From assembly GCF_018977255.1 (NCBI RefSeq), contig NW_024704742.1:2172001-2236000 (forward strand): a stretch of 64,000 nt of DNA, in the 5' to 3' direction. A program made the translations under genes and the position numbers. The notes under the pieces are model-generated. The model saw only the letters and a program-made list of their open reading frames with translations, did not search any database and had not been told where the DNA came from. Below, in pieces: positions 1 to 11,269 of the stretch; within the stretch, counting starts at the first letter, position 1, and each line of letters begins with the position of its first letter. This DNA comes from Callorhinchus milii. Taxonomy: Eukaryota.

Positions 1-291
1 GTGGAGTCGGGCGAGGGGGGGAGTGATGGGGTCACGGAGACTGGTGCGTGAGACTACATGAGCTGCAGAGTTTTGGATGATCTGCAGCTTGTGAAGGGAA
101 GCGTTGGGAAGGCCGATGAGGAGGGAGTTCCCGTAATCGAGCCTTGAGGTGATGAATGCGTGGGTGAGGGTTTGGGATGCCTGAGGGGTGAGGCAGTGGC
201 GAAGTCTGGCAATGTTGCGGAGGAAGTGGTAGGCAATGCCGTTCATGGCGCGGATGTGGGGGGAGAAAGGACAGTTCAGGGTCGAACAAGA
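1..291 (-). mobile_element. L2 LINE fragment (ORF2/RT C-terminal region), runs off the left edge
   Basis: Minus strand translates in pieces to LFDPELSF...LRNIARLRHCLTPQ...HAFITSRLDYGNSLLIGLP...LQIIQNSAA, typical of L2 ORF2; near-identical to 32855-33143. Confidence 0.92.
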
Positions 292-1594
292 CAAACAAAA
301 CAAGTCTTCCTTATACGACACGTTTCTGAATGGAAAAATCATTCAGATCGTCAAGATCAATTTCACGTGTGTTTACATTGGCAGGTGCTCCCTCCCCCAC
401 CCCCCCATCCCCCCACCCCCTTCGGCTTTTGCTGCAGGTCTTCAGAGGGGCAGGGCGATGGGAGGACATAATCCACCCACATGCACACTTGATTGAAAAA
501 TAAGAATCGTTTCAACAAATTATAGCTTCGGCAAGTGAGTTACGATTTAATTTTATCCCTGAATAGAAACAGTGACGGATTATCACTCCTTTAAATTGCC
601 CCTTAACAGCGCACACATAAGCGAAAAGGCAGACCAGGTCGTACAGAACCTGTGACTGTGCTCAATATTATCAATAAAGGTTTTTTTTAATGTATAATGG
701 CAAAACCACTTGTATTTTGCTCCTTTTTTTTCTGAAGGATTTCACCTCCATCACATCACTAATCACTAGCCGGTTTTAGAGCAATAGCAGATGATCTGCT
801 TGCAGTCCACTCTCAATGTTCCTCCTGAGCCCCGAGACAGTTTCTAGTGATGCTTGTCATCCGGTACAACAGTGTCACCCACTTCATCTAACACCGCTCT
901 CTTACTCACATTCCGAACCCTTCAATATTCCTCCTTGATAACCAATCGATCTAATTCTCTTCAAAAACAACTTGACGACAAGCCTTTGCGTGTGATGGTT
1001 CCACATCGGCAGTCTATTGTACGGTCTCACTGAAGGCTGCATTTTTTAAGTATATTTATGCGAGGTTTTCCCATTTGCTTCTGCATCATTAGCTTTAAGG
1101 TGGGTCTTTCACGCTGGTTAACTTTGCTTTATCACATATGCCATTTCTTCTTCCGCACTCTGGCACTATTCCCCAAAGTGTGTCCTGCAGGGTTTTTAAC
1201 CAAAGGATAGAGTTGTTTTTATGCGGTGATCTGGTCTCTCGTTTATTAAGTCAGTCTGTCTCTCTGCTCCGGTCCTGCTCCATTTTCATGTGTCTGCCGG
1301 CTTCTAGCGAGACAGTTCTCTTTGGTTATGACTGATTATGGACAGCTGCTGTTCATTTTTCAGTGCTCAGGACACTGGAGCGTTGCACAGATAAATTGCA
1401 ACCATATTCTACGTGACCAGAGCTCACGCTGTTCAAACTTTGTCGCCACAGAGCTCCTTAGCTGAGAATAAGCTCTGGTAAATCCCATTTTGCTGGGCTA
1501 TAGAGAGATTGACCTCCAGAGAATGTCTCCTGTTATGTGTACTTCATGCTGGAAGTGTAGGACTGGTACGTGCTTAGAGAGGGAAGATTTAGCA

Positions 1595-2020
1595 AATAAT
1601 AATAATCCTTACATTTGATATGGTGCTGTCTCACATTGTCGAGACATCTCAAAGCACTTCACAGGATTGTATTGTGTATTGCGACTGGTTATTTGAGGTA
1701 AACACAGCAACCAATCCGTGAAATGTCCCATAAACAGCCATCAAGTGAATAACCAGTTTTATATGGGGGATTGTTGGCCAGGACACGGAGTGAAACAACC
1801 TTCTCTTTTTAATAGTATCATGAGATCTTTAAATTCCACTTCAACAGGCAGACAGGACCTCAGTTGAACACCTCAAGACAGCTTCTCTGACAAAGCAGTG
1901 CTCCCCAATCGCTGAACTGGAGTGTCAGCCTGGACTGTGTGGTTCAAAGTCCCGACGTGAGGGTTGAACCTCCGACGTCCTGACTCAGAATTGGGAATAC
2001 TACAACTGAGACAGGCTGGT
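1595..2020 (-). mobile_element. Old tRNA-derived Deu-domain-type SINE (SacSINE1-like)
   Basis: tRNA-like head at about 1950-2020, central block shared with 15040-15443 and 42140-42466, L2-like tail and (AAT)n. Confidence 0.8.
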
Positions 2021-2069
2021 AGCGAAAACCTAAACCTCACAGTCTGCAATCTTAAATAAGCACAGGAGA

Positions 2070-2270
2070 ACCTAAGAATTTGCCGGGCCATTGAAGACCA
2101 AGGCCCGTCTAGTTTTCACCATCCTGGCAGTCTCTTGACATGTCATGCCCCAAACAATAGCATCTGTCCCGAGATATTATTTTCTAGCAGGAATCCATCT
2201 AATTTCTTCTTGAAACACACAAGATTTTCTGCTTCCACCGCCTCCCTGAGGAGCCTGTTCCATACATATG
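2070..2270 (-). mobile_element. CR1 LINE 3' fragment, decayed
   Basis: ggccattgaagaccaaggcccgtctagtt matches the CR1-type 3' end at 24160-24190 in reverse. Confidence 0.55.
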
Positions 2271-2519
2271 CTGGAATTTTTTTTTAAAATGTCTCGATTT
2301 TTACCAATGTCTATTCCTTTCTGCCTAAGAATCACCCCTGTTATGTTGCACCTCATGTATGTGACTCATATCTGAAGGAAATTGAGAGGTTAAGGTGACA
2401 TGATACGCTGCGGATAAGTTCAGATCAATTTATCAGATCCTAATAGATGGCTGGTCCCTCTGATTGTAGGTTTGAGGATTGATTGACTGTATATTTTGAG
2501 GGTGAAACGCGGCAGCCCA

Positions 2520-2835
2520 TTGCCATGGCATCATTTGTAACGAGAAGAGAGTTCTTCCTCATGATGTCCTGGCCAACAATCCTCAAAATAAAATTGGTCA
2601 TTCATTTCTATTGCCACTTCAAGCTACTTACGTAGGACCTGGGGATGTCCTCCCGACGTGAACGGCGCTATATAAATACAATTTGTTGTTGTTATTCATG
2701 CCTGTTTGTGGGACATTGCTGTCTGCAAATTCGCTGTTGGGTCCACCCAGTTACTACATTTTACAGTAAAAGATCCTGTGAAACGCTTTGAGATTCACAA
2801 TGATTTGATTATATCAAATACAATAATTCTTCTTC
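2520..2835 (+). mobile_element. Old Deu-type SINE 3' half with a short L2 3' tail inserted at about 2634-2693
   Basis: SINE body is interrupted by ggatgtcctcccgacgtgaacggcgctatataaatacaatttgttgttgtt. Confidence 0.7.
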
Positions 2836-4040
2836 TTATTATATGTATTATGATTATTGAACCCACAACCCTCTGATTCTAAGGCAAAAATGTTACCAAC
2901 TGAGCCAGGCTATCCTCATTCTTGTGAGGCGATTGGAAAGATTGGGGTCGTGTTGCTCTATCATATCACGATTAAAGGTGGTTCTGTTCACAATACGGGG
3001 ACTCAGTTCATTGCCAGCTATCATTGACGATCCTGGTTGGGGATGTAAGGGGAGCTATGTACACCACACTCTATTCTAATTTAATGGGGGAGATTCCCAA
3101 TCGTACTTTAAGGAGCCATTTTATTGGCAGATAATTATTTACATTGTTGACTAGAATAGCACAAAGTCCTGGAGCTCTGAGACAGAAGGAATGTCAGAAC
3201 GGTGCCGTTAATGGAAGGTCACCTCAATACAGAGAGTCCTCCTCCCAAACAGGCACTTTGATTAAACGCCGTCTTAGCCTTTTGCGCCCGCCAGCTCTCC
3301 GTAAATTTTCCAACCGTGATAAATATTTGCTACATCCGCCACACTTGCTTATTCAATCAGTTACCTTTGCTTCTCAATAGGCTTCAGTCTCTCTTCATCT
3401 TTCCTAAGGGATGTGAATGTGGAGCTGTGGAAATGGACTTGTCAATACCGTGTGCATTCGGGGTCAAGTCTGAAATAACCAGTTGCTAGTTTTCGTGAGC
3501 TCAATTGTGCATCCCTCAGCAGACTGTTTTTAAAACAAAAACCGGAGTGATTGCTGGCAAGGTGTCTGGTGAGAGCCTTGATGGTGTTCCTCTTAATTGT
3601 TCCGAGTCCTAAGCCTCCTATTACGAGCCTGCTGCCGGGCAGGCAATTTCAAACGAGTGCAAAGTAGAGTCTTCTCGAGCAGCCCCTTTTATTTTCGTTA
3701 TTTGCACTGGAGAAACGAAGGAGCACTTTTATGCTGGCGGCTGATTGCCGTCGCGTTGGAGAACAGTTCAATTGTTTCGGATGGCACTGTATTTTGTGCG
3801 TTTGTAGTGATTGAAACGGAATAACGTTTGAAAGAGAATTAGGCAGAACGGGAAAAGAACAATGGAAAAAGGGAATTGGGAAGAGGCAGAGTTTGGAATT
3901 AACAGATGGCTCTTTCGGAGAGCTGGCGCGTGTACCACGGACTGAATGGTACCAGGAACACATAGTCCCAGTCACGATACTTCACCGTATGTCCTTGGAA
4001 AGCACGTTGAGACCTCCTCCAGGTGGGCAAAGCACTATCT

Positions 4041-4427
4041 GTGGAGTCCTGTAGCTCAGTGGTTAGAGCACTCACCTTGCAAGTGAGAGGCCCCGGTTCG
4101 ATTCCCAGGCAGGGCGAAATGTTGGGCAAGTTTTCTGACTTCAGGGCGCCACTGTTTACCCAGCAGCAAGTAGGAACCAAGTCGTTAGTCGATTGGTGGA
4201 TCGCTATTCCGGGGATAATAATTCCTTCGAAAAAAAATACAAAATAATAATTTGGTCACTCAATCCACGACTGTCTGTGGGGGACGCTGCTGTGCGCAAT
4301 TGGCTGCCGCGTTTCGCCCACAAAATATACAGTCAATTCGCTTTACGGTATATCCTGTGAAGCGCTTTGTGACGTCTCGAAGACGCGAAAAGCGCTAAAC
4401 GAAATTCAAGGATTATTTTTATTATTA
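4041..4427 (+). mobile_element. tRNA-Ala-derived SINE, long form (tRNA head, CORE-like segment, Deu 3' part, L2-type tail)
   Basis: A box tagctcagtgg, B box ggttcgattcc, ttgggcaag...gtttacccagcagcaagtagg, gctgtgcgcaattggctgccgcgttt, stem-loop tail, ATT repeats. Confidence 0.9.
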
Positions 4428-5199
4428 AAACGTTGTAGCCGTGAATAAGACGGTCCCGCGTGACACCAGACTAATTTGCTACCGAGTCTGGGACATATCA
4501 GCTCAAAGCGTGTGGTGGATTTGGCTCTTGCTCTGCTCTTCGGTCTCTGCGGTTGTATGATAAACAGGCCAGTTACGATTAAGATGGGTGACAGGCTCCA
4601 TGTAAAGCTGCAGCTCTGCGGGTTGAACACTTCAAGATGTCCGGATGCAGAGATTCCGCCTCACTGGAGGAGCTGTAGCCTCAAAAGAAAATCAGAAAGC
4701 TACGACTTCACCTCTCTCTCACCCTCAGTCAAACAAAAACAGTAAAGAAGTTGGGGGGGAGGGTGGGAGGCTGAGATGTTTTGGCATTTATTATGTGTTT
4801 AATAAAAAGTGATTGAAAGGGACGCTGGCGTGTGCCAGTGAGATAGAGGCATTTCTTGAAAAATCACTCACACTCCTTCTCTCTCAACGCTCAGTCATAA
4901 CACGGATGTTGGAACAGGTCCAGATTGCAACGCGTTGCAACCCTGGCAATGATTTCTAACGCCGTTCACTTTGTCGCGACACGATACGCGATGCAGTGCC
5001 GTGGTCATCCCTAAATATCATTTCCTCGTGCTTCCTCGTTCGCCGACCTGACGCATTGGTCGAGCAAGGCAACCCTCCGGCCAGTAATGACCCTTTTACA
5101 CATTGCGCCCCACTGAGGGAACATTCCTTGGGCCTTTTTGCAGCGTCAGGTAATTTTATGATCCGTTTCCCACCCCCCCCACACACACATCTGTACCAT

Positions 5200-5815
5200 G
5201 ACCCGCTCTGCCTTCCCCCGCCTCCGCAACATCGCCCGTCACTGTCTCACAGCGCAGGCCGCCGAGACCCTGGTACACGCCTTCATCACATCCAGGCTCC
5301 ACTACGCAAACTCCCTGCTTGTCAGTCTCCCCAATTCCTCCCTCCATAGGCTGCAGATCATCCAGAACTCTGCAGTCCGTGTCCTCTCCCACGCCAGGCT
5401 CCGTGACCCAATCACCCCCGTCCTCGCCCGACTCCACCGGCTTCCCATGACACAGAGGATACAGTTCAAGGTCCTGGTCCTCACCTTCAAAGCCCTCCCT
5501 ACCATCCTTCTATCTGCCTCCGCTCAGCGGGCTCCGGCCTGCTTCACGTCCCCCACCTCGCTTGCCCAGCATTGGCGGGCGGGCCTTCCGCCACTCTGCC
5601 CCCACCCTCTGGAACTCCATCCGCGGTCCCTCCGCCTCACCCCCTCAAGACCCATCTGAAGACCCTCCTCTTAGACCGTGCTTTCGATCACCCTGCCCTC
5701 CACCCTCCCCGATCCCGACCCCCAGCTCGGGTCCGAAACATTGACTGTCCATCACCTTGGGACGTCCTCCCGATGTGACAGGCACTTTACACATGTAATT
5801 GTGTTGTTGTTGTTG
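5200..5815 (+). mobile_element. L2 LINE 3' fragment with (TTG)n tail
   Basis: ORF 5198-5659 contains AETLVHAFITSRLHYANSLL...LQIIQNSAVRVL...PITPVLARLHRLP...RIQFKVLVLTFKAL, followed by the L2 3' UTR and TTG repeats. Confidence 0.93.
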
Positions 5816-6561
5816 TATGAAACATGCTGTCGCTCAATTTGCGGTACGGGATATTTTAAGGGTGGTGCTGAGAAGGAATGACAGTAACTGGTTCGGGTTG
5901 AACAGACCAAGCTGTTGATTGATACCCGACACAATCTAACATGCTGAGTAGCATAATAGATGGTTAGAGGGCTGGGCCCGAAGCAAATGGGTTTGAAAGC
6001 TTGATTAGGTCTATTAACGTCGCTTCCAGCCCAGGTTTATTTTTAGACGGTTTTGCAGTCGTCTCGCTGTGCTTCTTCTGTGACGTGACGCATTCCGGCT
6101 TTGCTTTTGAAATGTCCACTTTCCATTCCTTTCCACTACAGCAATCACGGCAGCCAAGCACAGTTTCACACGGTTGATAGAAAAGGAGCTTATCACCTCA
6201 GACGAGGGTTCCAGCGGTGACTTCTGACACAAAGCGATAATTTTGCCGAAAAACTGGTGTTTTTTTTTAATACAAATGCGCTTATGTTTTTCGCTGTGTA
6301 GTATTTTGCCAGCGGGTAAGAAACGTGATCCGAGGCCCAGTGTTAAATATAGAGCCCTATTTGACTGCTCGGAAACTTCAGACGTTTTTAATGTCGTTGA
6401 ATAGTGAATCCCGTGACCCGCCCTTCAGTAACTTTGAACCCCTGACTTTTGTGTTTCTCGCGTCTGCGAAGACGAGCCGCGCTCCAAGTTTCCAACCCCA
6501 CATGTGTTTACTCTAACCGAGTTACTTTCACTACGTCTTACCAGTTCTTCGACCTTTACCA

Positions 6562-6750
6562 TTCTCTCTCTGATTCTCTTTCACTCTTTCTTTTCGCTCA
6601 CTCATTCTGCCTTTTTTTTCTCTCTCTTTCTGAGTCTCTCTCTTTCTCCATCTCTCCCTCTCTCTTTGTCTCTCTCTCTCTCTCTCTCAGTTTCTAAATC
6701 TCTTTCTCTCTGAGTCTTCCATTCTGTCTCTCTCTCTCCCTCTCGCTGGC
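6562..6750. repeat. Degenerate (CT)n pyrimidine microsatellite
   Basis: About 190 bp of CT/CTTT repeats. Confidence 0.9.
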
Positions 6751-8399
6751 TTTCTCCGTTTCATTCACGGACTCTGACCTACGCTGTACAAAAGTGTGCT
6801 TTGTGCCAACGGTAGAAAAATCCAGTTGATACGAATGCACGGATTTGCACGCAGTGTGCCTGATGTTATCAGACCCGCAATATTCCCACACAAAAGCACC
6901 CAAAAAAAGTCCTCAGTCACTCCGAATGCAGCTTCACACGTCTACACAACAGGATTTTTTATTCGCGAATTTCTTGTAACCACATATTCACTTCAGCATC
7001 AGGGCCCGATGCAGACTTGCAGGCAGTTGGCATATGGACGTGTACATAGACAAGCAGCAGCGGATATAAATGTACTTGACGGTAATTCCTCGCGACGACC
7101 TCAGAAAAGATTTTGACTCGAAAATATGTGAGAAAAATTCTTTCTCTCTCTTACCTCCCTCCCTGCCTCCCTACATGCACTAATGGTGATTGAACCAGCT
7201 GATTGCTGAACTGTTTTAATCAGCGGAATAAACCGCTCCAAACTGAGAACCTCTTGTACGAGGCAGCGATGTTTTTTGAATCAGTTTCACAATAAGTGAC
7301 TGTTTTAATGATGGGCAGCCGGGCGGGGCAGAGGGGGGGGGGGGGGGGGGGGAGGGAAGTCACTTTGGGAACTGATTCAGGAGCTGAAAGGAAGCAGGTG
7401 CCTGTGAGCTCTTGATCGTCAGAACACAGCGACAGGCACCGAGAGGTGCGGGACGAGGTCGTCTTTGGGATCAGTGAGATATTGCAGATGAACCCTCCAG
7501 TTAGTTAAGACGAGACTGGAGAAATCAGCTCGGGTGGGATCATTGACTTTGCGCAGTAATCCCAAGGCACAGTCAGCAACGTGGAATTGGCACACGTGCA
7601 ATTGCCTTGAAATCCTGACTTTAAAAATAATAATAATAATAATAAGTAATAATAATAATAATGACCTTGGGTTTGTTATCGTGCCTTATCACGCCATCGG
7701 ATGTTCGACGATGTTTCAGACGGTGCTCTGCGCCGGTCTCTCGAACTCCACCGTGCACGGCGTCCGGCTGATTCCAAACTCCGTCGCTCTGAGGCTTCCA
7801 TTTTTTTTTTGAAATGCTGCCGCCGCTCCGCAGAATCGGTAATCACAAGCCGCCACCTCAAGCCATCCCGTGAATTTGGAGCATTGCTTTCCAGCTGACG
7901 AAAATACCAGTCGGTAGCGGAAGGAAGGTTGGAAGAAAAATGAGTGAAGTGATCCGCGGTTGTGCACAGTGGGCTCTAAGGGCATTTTTTTTTTTTTTTT
8001 GCAAAGCTGTTTCTCCAGTACTTTTACAATTTCAAGGTATATCATGTACCTCACTGAGTGCAGCATTATTACAAGTCGCTGAAAAGCCTCGGGATCCCTT
8101 AATGTGATTTGAGCATGTCAACGCACAAATACCACACACACGCTCTCCTGCAACGGAATTGGTTTGCTGCACTAAGCTTCAAATCGTTTGTGGCTGCTTT
8201 CGTCGCTACTCGTACTCCCCCCACACCCCCACACCCCCGCCCACACCCCCCACCGCCACCCACAATAAGCTTGGACTTCCCATTGTCATCCTCTGAAGGC
8301 TGCCGTTGGTTTGCTTTTCGCCAATGCCTGCTTGACTGAGTGACTGACTGACTGTAGAAGGTACTCGTGTTAATAGTCTGTGAGACGGGCAGCCCAGAT

Positions 8400-8690
8400 C
8401 GTCCATTGAATAGGGCTGCAATTCATGGGCCAGGAGCTTTCCGGTTGAGTTCCCATTATTTGCTGGTCTTCGCTGGGCTGCTTGGGGAAGACTACAATTG
8501 AGCCCCTGAGATTCCCAGAGTTAGAGAGGGAAAAATCAGCCAGGGTTCCTGCTCCTGGGCCTTCTCGAGTACCTACACGTGCGCACGTGTGGCTGGCAGA
8601 TGAGGAGAGATCAGGCTTGGCTGTGATGCCCTCCATCGTGGTTGGAATACTGGAAGCCAACCACACCCCAGAAAGAGTTGTCTTGAGATG
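8400..8690 (+). mobile_element. Ancient SINE relic, AmnSINE2-like
   Basis: ctacaattg...gggaaaaatcagccagggttcctgctcctg...gatcaggcttggctgtgatgccc matches my recollection of the AmnSINE2-type body; related pieces at 18560, 27455 and 43890. Confidence 0.6.
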
Positions 8691-9284
8691 TAACCTGACC
8701 TTATCTCTTTTACTCACAGCTTTCTCTGCTTGGTCCGGAAATTGGATTAACTTGAACCCAAGTGTAACATAGGATGGATATTGCAGGGATTTTGGTGTCT
8801 TGAGTGGGGATATTTTTTTGGGTGGGAGGTGGGGAGCAGAGAAGAAAGGAAACAGTCTGACTTCCCAGAACATCCCACTCCAACCAACTGTGAAGTTGTG
8901 TCCACTAGGCTACAAAATCCTTCCCTGTCAAACTTTTCAATTTGTTATTATTAAAACCCAAGACAAAATCCAAATTCCTCGAAGGCAGCCTCTTAGAAAG
9001 GTGAGTGTAACCTTACTGATGTCATTATATATTGGTAACTCTGGTTTACCCATGACTTTGTCGTGGGAGATCCTTTCAGTGAGGAAAATGCTGAAAATTC
9101 ACTAGTCGGCAAATTAATCCAGCGAGCGACCAAGAAATACATACTGTCTTAGTGAGGACGGTTTTGTTTAGGGATTGGGATTCATAGTTGGCATTTTAGA
9201 CCCCCTGTATATCTCGGCCATGGTGTCCCAGCCCTCAAGCTCACCCCTCACAGTGCCCAGGGCTAGACCTCTTTGCAATGTGTG

Positions 9285-9510
9285 GAGGAGAGATCAATTT
9301 CAAGATACCCACTCTCACGGACAAATCACTTCATGCCCTCGCCCTCCCCTACATCTCCGACCTGCTTACACCCCAACCAGTCTGCTGGCTCTGCCCTTCT
9401 GCATGTCCCTCGTCCACTCTGCTCCACCATCGGCGGCCGTGCTTTCAACCACTAGGCTCTGAAAGTCTGCAACTCTCTGCCTCAATCCCTCCGCCTTGCC
9501 CAGTCTGCAT
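9285..9510 (+). mobile_element. Decayed L2 3' fragment
   Basis: ccaccatcggcggccgtgctttcaacc (TIGGRAF motif), shared with other L2 copies. Confidence 0.75.
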
Positions 9511-10234
9511 GTCCTGGCCTCTCACTGGATTTGTTTTCCAAAATATTGGAGAGTGCCTGATTTAGTTGGAGTTAAAGCTGGCATCTGATTTCTTTAACTT
9601 CCAGTCAATAGCTCACTACCAAATTTAGCAGCCAATCTGATAGATCAATATAGACTCACTCGGTGAGATCTGACTAGATTACACAACAACTAAAGGTCTT
9701 GGGATTTCACTGTTTATCCATTGAAAGGCTCAGTTACTTCCCATCTCAGTGAGATTCAGATTATTTGGCGAATTAGTAATGTAATTTTTTAAGCTCCCAT
9801 TGCAAATTCTTTCCCAGTGCTTTTAATTGTCTTTAAAAGGATGCTAATCATATGTTAACGGATACCTTAAAGTAACTAAAGCTTTACATGATTGCAGTAA
9901 TGAAATTAATCTACTCTGCATAAAGAACTACTTCAAGTGCTTTGCAATTTATTTATAATAAGGACAAATTGACAATTAGTAAATAGTAAATTAGCCTCAA
10001 AGTAAAGTATCTCCATTAAGGCCTAATTCTTGTGAGATGGATTATGATGTGTTATGACTTTGATGTATCCTTTTGCATCTTAAGCATGGGGATGGGTTTC
10101 CACGTGCGTCAGATCCCCCCAAAAATGCATCTTTTGCAACGTTGCAAATAGGTGCATTGGCTGCTGTGCAGGCAACGTCTTTGTTGAAGATATCAGAACT
10201 CCACCGTCTAATTCCTCAGTTGAACTAAACGCCC

Positions 10235-10500
10235 CAATCGTCCCATTCCTTGCCAATCTCCAATGGCTCCCTGTGGCAGAACGGATAGCAAGTCTCGCAA
10301 CTCTCTCCAGCTCTCCAACCTGCTCACCTGCCACTCCTCTTCTCCTGCTGCCTTCGCTCAGTCCGTCCCCATCACTACACCAGCTGAGGCCTTCTGCGTG
10401 CCTCCGGACCCTTCCACTCCACCATCGACGGCTATCCTTCAGCCACTACACCCAAACTTCTAGATCTCCCTCTCTCTATCCCCGCCTTACCCGTTCTTTA
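10235..10500 (+). mobile_element. Highly decayed L2 fragment
   Basis: cccattccttgccaatctccaatggctccctgt (PILANLQWLPV) followed by a C-rich L2-like 3' region. Confidence 0.6.
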
Positions 10501-11269
10501 AGCATATATTTATCAGTCCTTATTTTGAATTCAATAACAAGTGGGAACAGCCTGGGAACATCCACCTCATTTGAATCCTTTCATTATTTTAAACACTGCT
10601 ATTGGGTCCCCACGCAATCAGAGAGAAAAATTCCAAAGTATCCAGTCTTCCTTTGTAGCTGTATCCACTTACCCCTGCTAATATGCTTGTACATTTGATG
10701 TCTATTGTCCCCGTGTGAGCTCAGATATTCACCTTAGATCGTTTAAACTTGTTAACTAGTAGGTGAACAGGGCAACCTTTCACCCTAACCTGTAACTGCA
10801 CTTCTCTCAATTGATGTCGTTAAATATTAAACGGCGGATTTCTCAGTGATAATTAACATGCATCAAAGTTTTCATCCCGGGTGAATTAAGGGCACTGGTT
10901 GTTTTCCTTGAACATATCCATTTGCATATGATTACCCAACCCTTAAATACTTCTATTGCATTGTTAATCCAAACCACAATTTCAGACACGACTGGAACGA
11001 CTGTGACAATATTTGCTCATAATAGGGAATCCCAATTTAATCGCTTCATCTCAACATAGTCATACTTCATCGGAAGGCAATTTCACCCTCTTGTTTTTTT
11101 TCCTGTCACACTTGGGGCCCAAATACGTCCGCGTGCAAGCTAAATTTGTTCTGGTAATTGTGAAATCAGGGTTGGGAGATTCAGGTGGGGGGAATTCACC
11201 ATCGGAGGCTGTTTTGCCTCTTCTCGAACTTTTCTGTCTTGCAATCCAATATTCACAAGTCATTTAATT

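Noticed and set aside
1318..1340. miR-9-like start tctttggttat
   Set aside because: The match ends after 11 nt and no complementary star arm follows
8370..8873. 167-aa minus-strand ORF
   Set aside because: It overlaps the ancient SINE relic, with no recognisable domain or supporting splice structure
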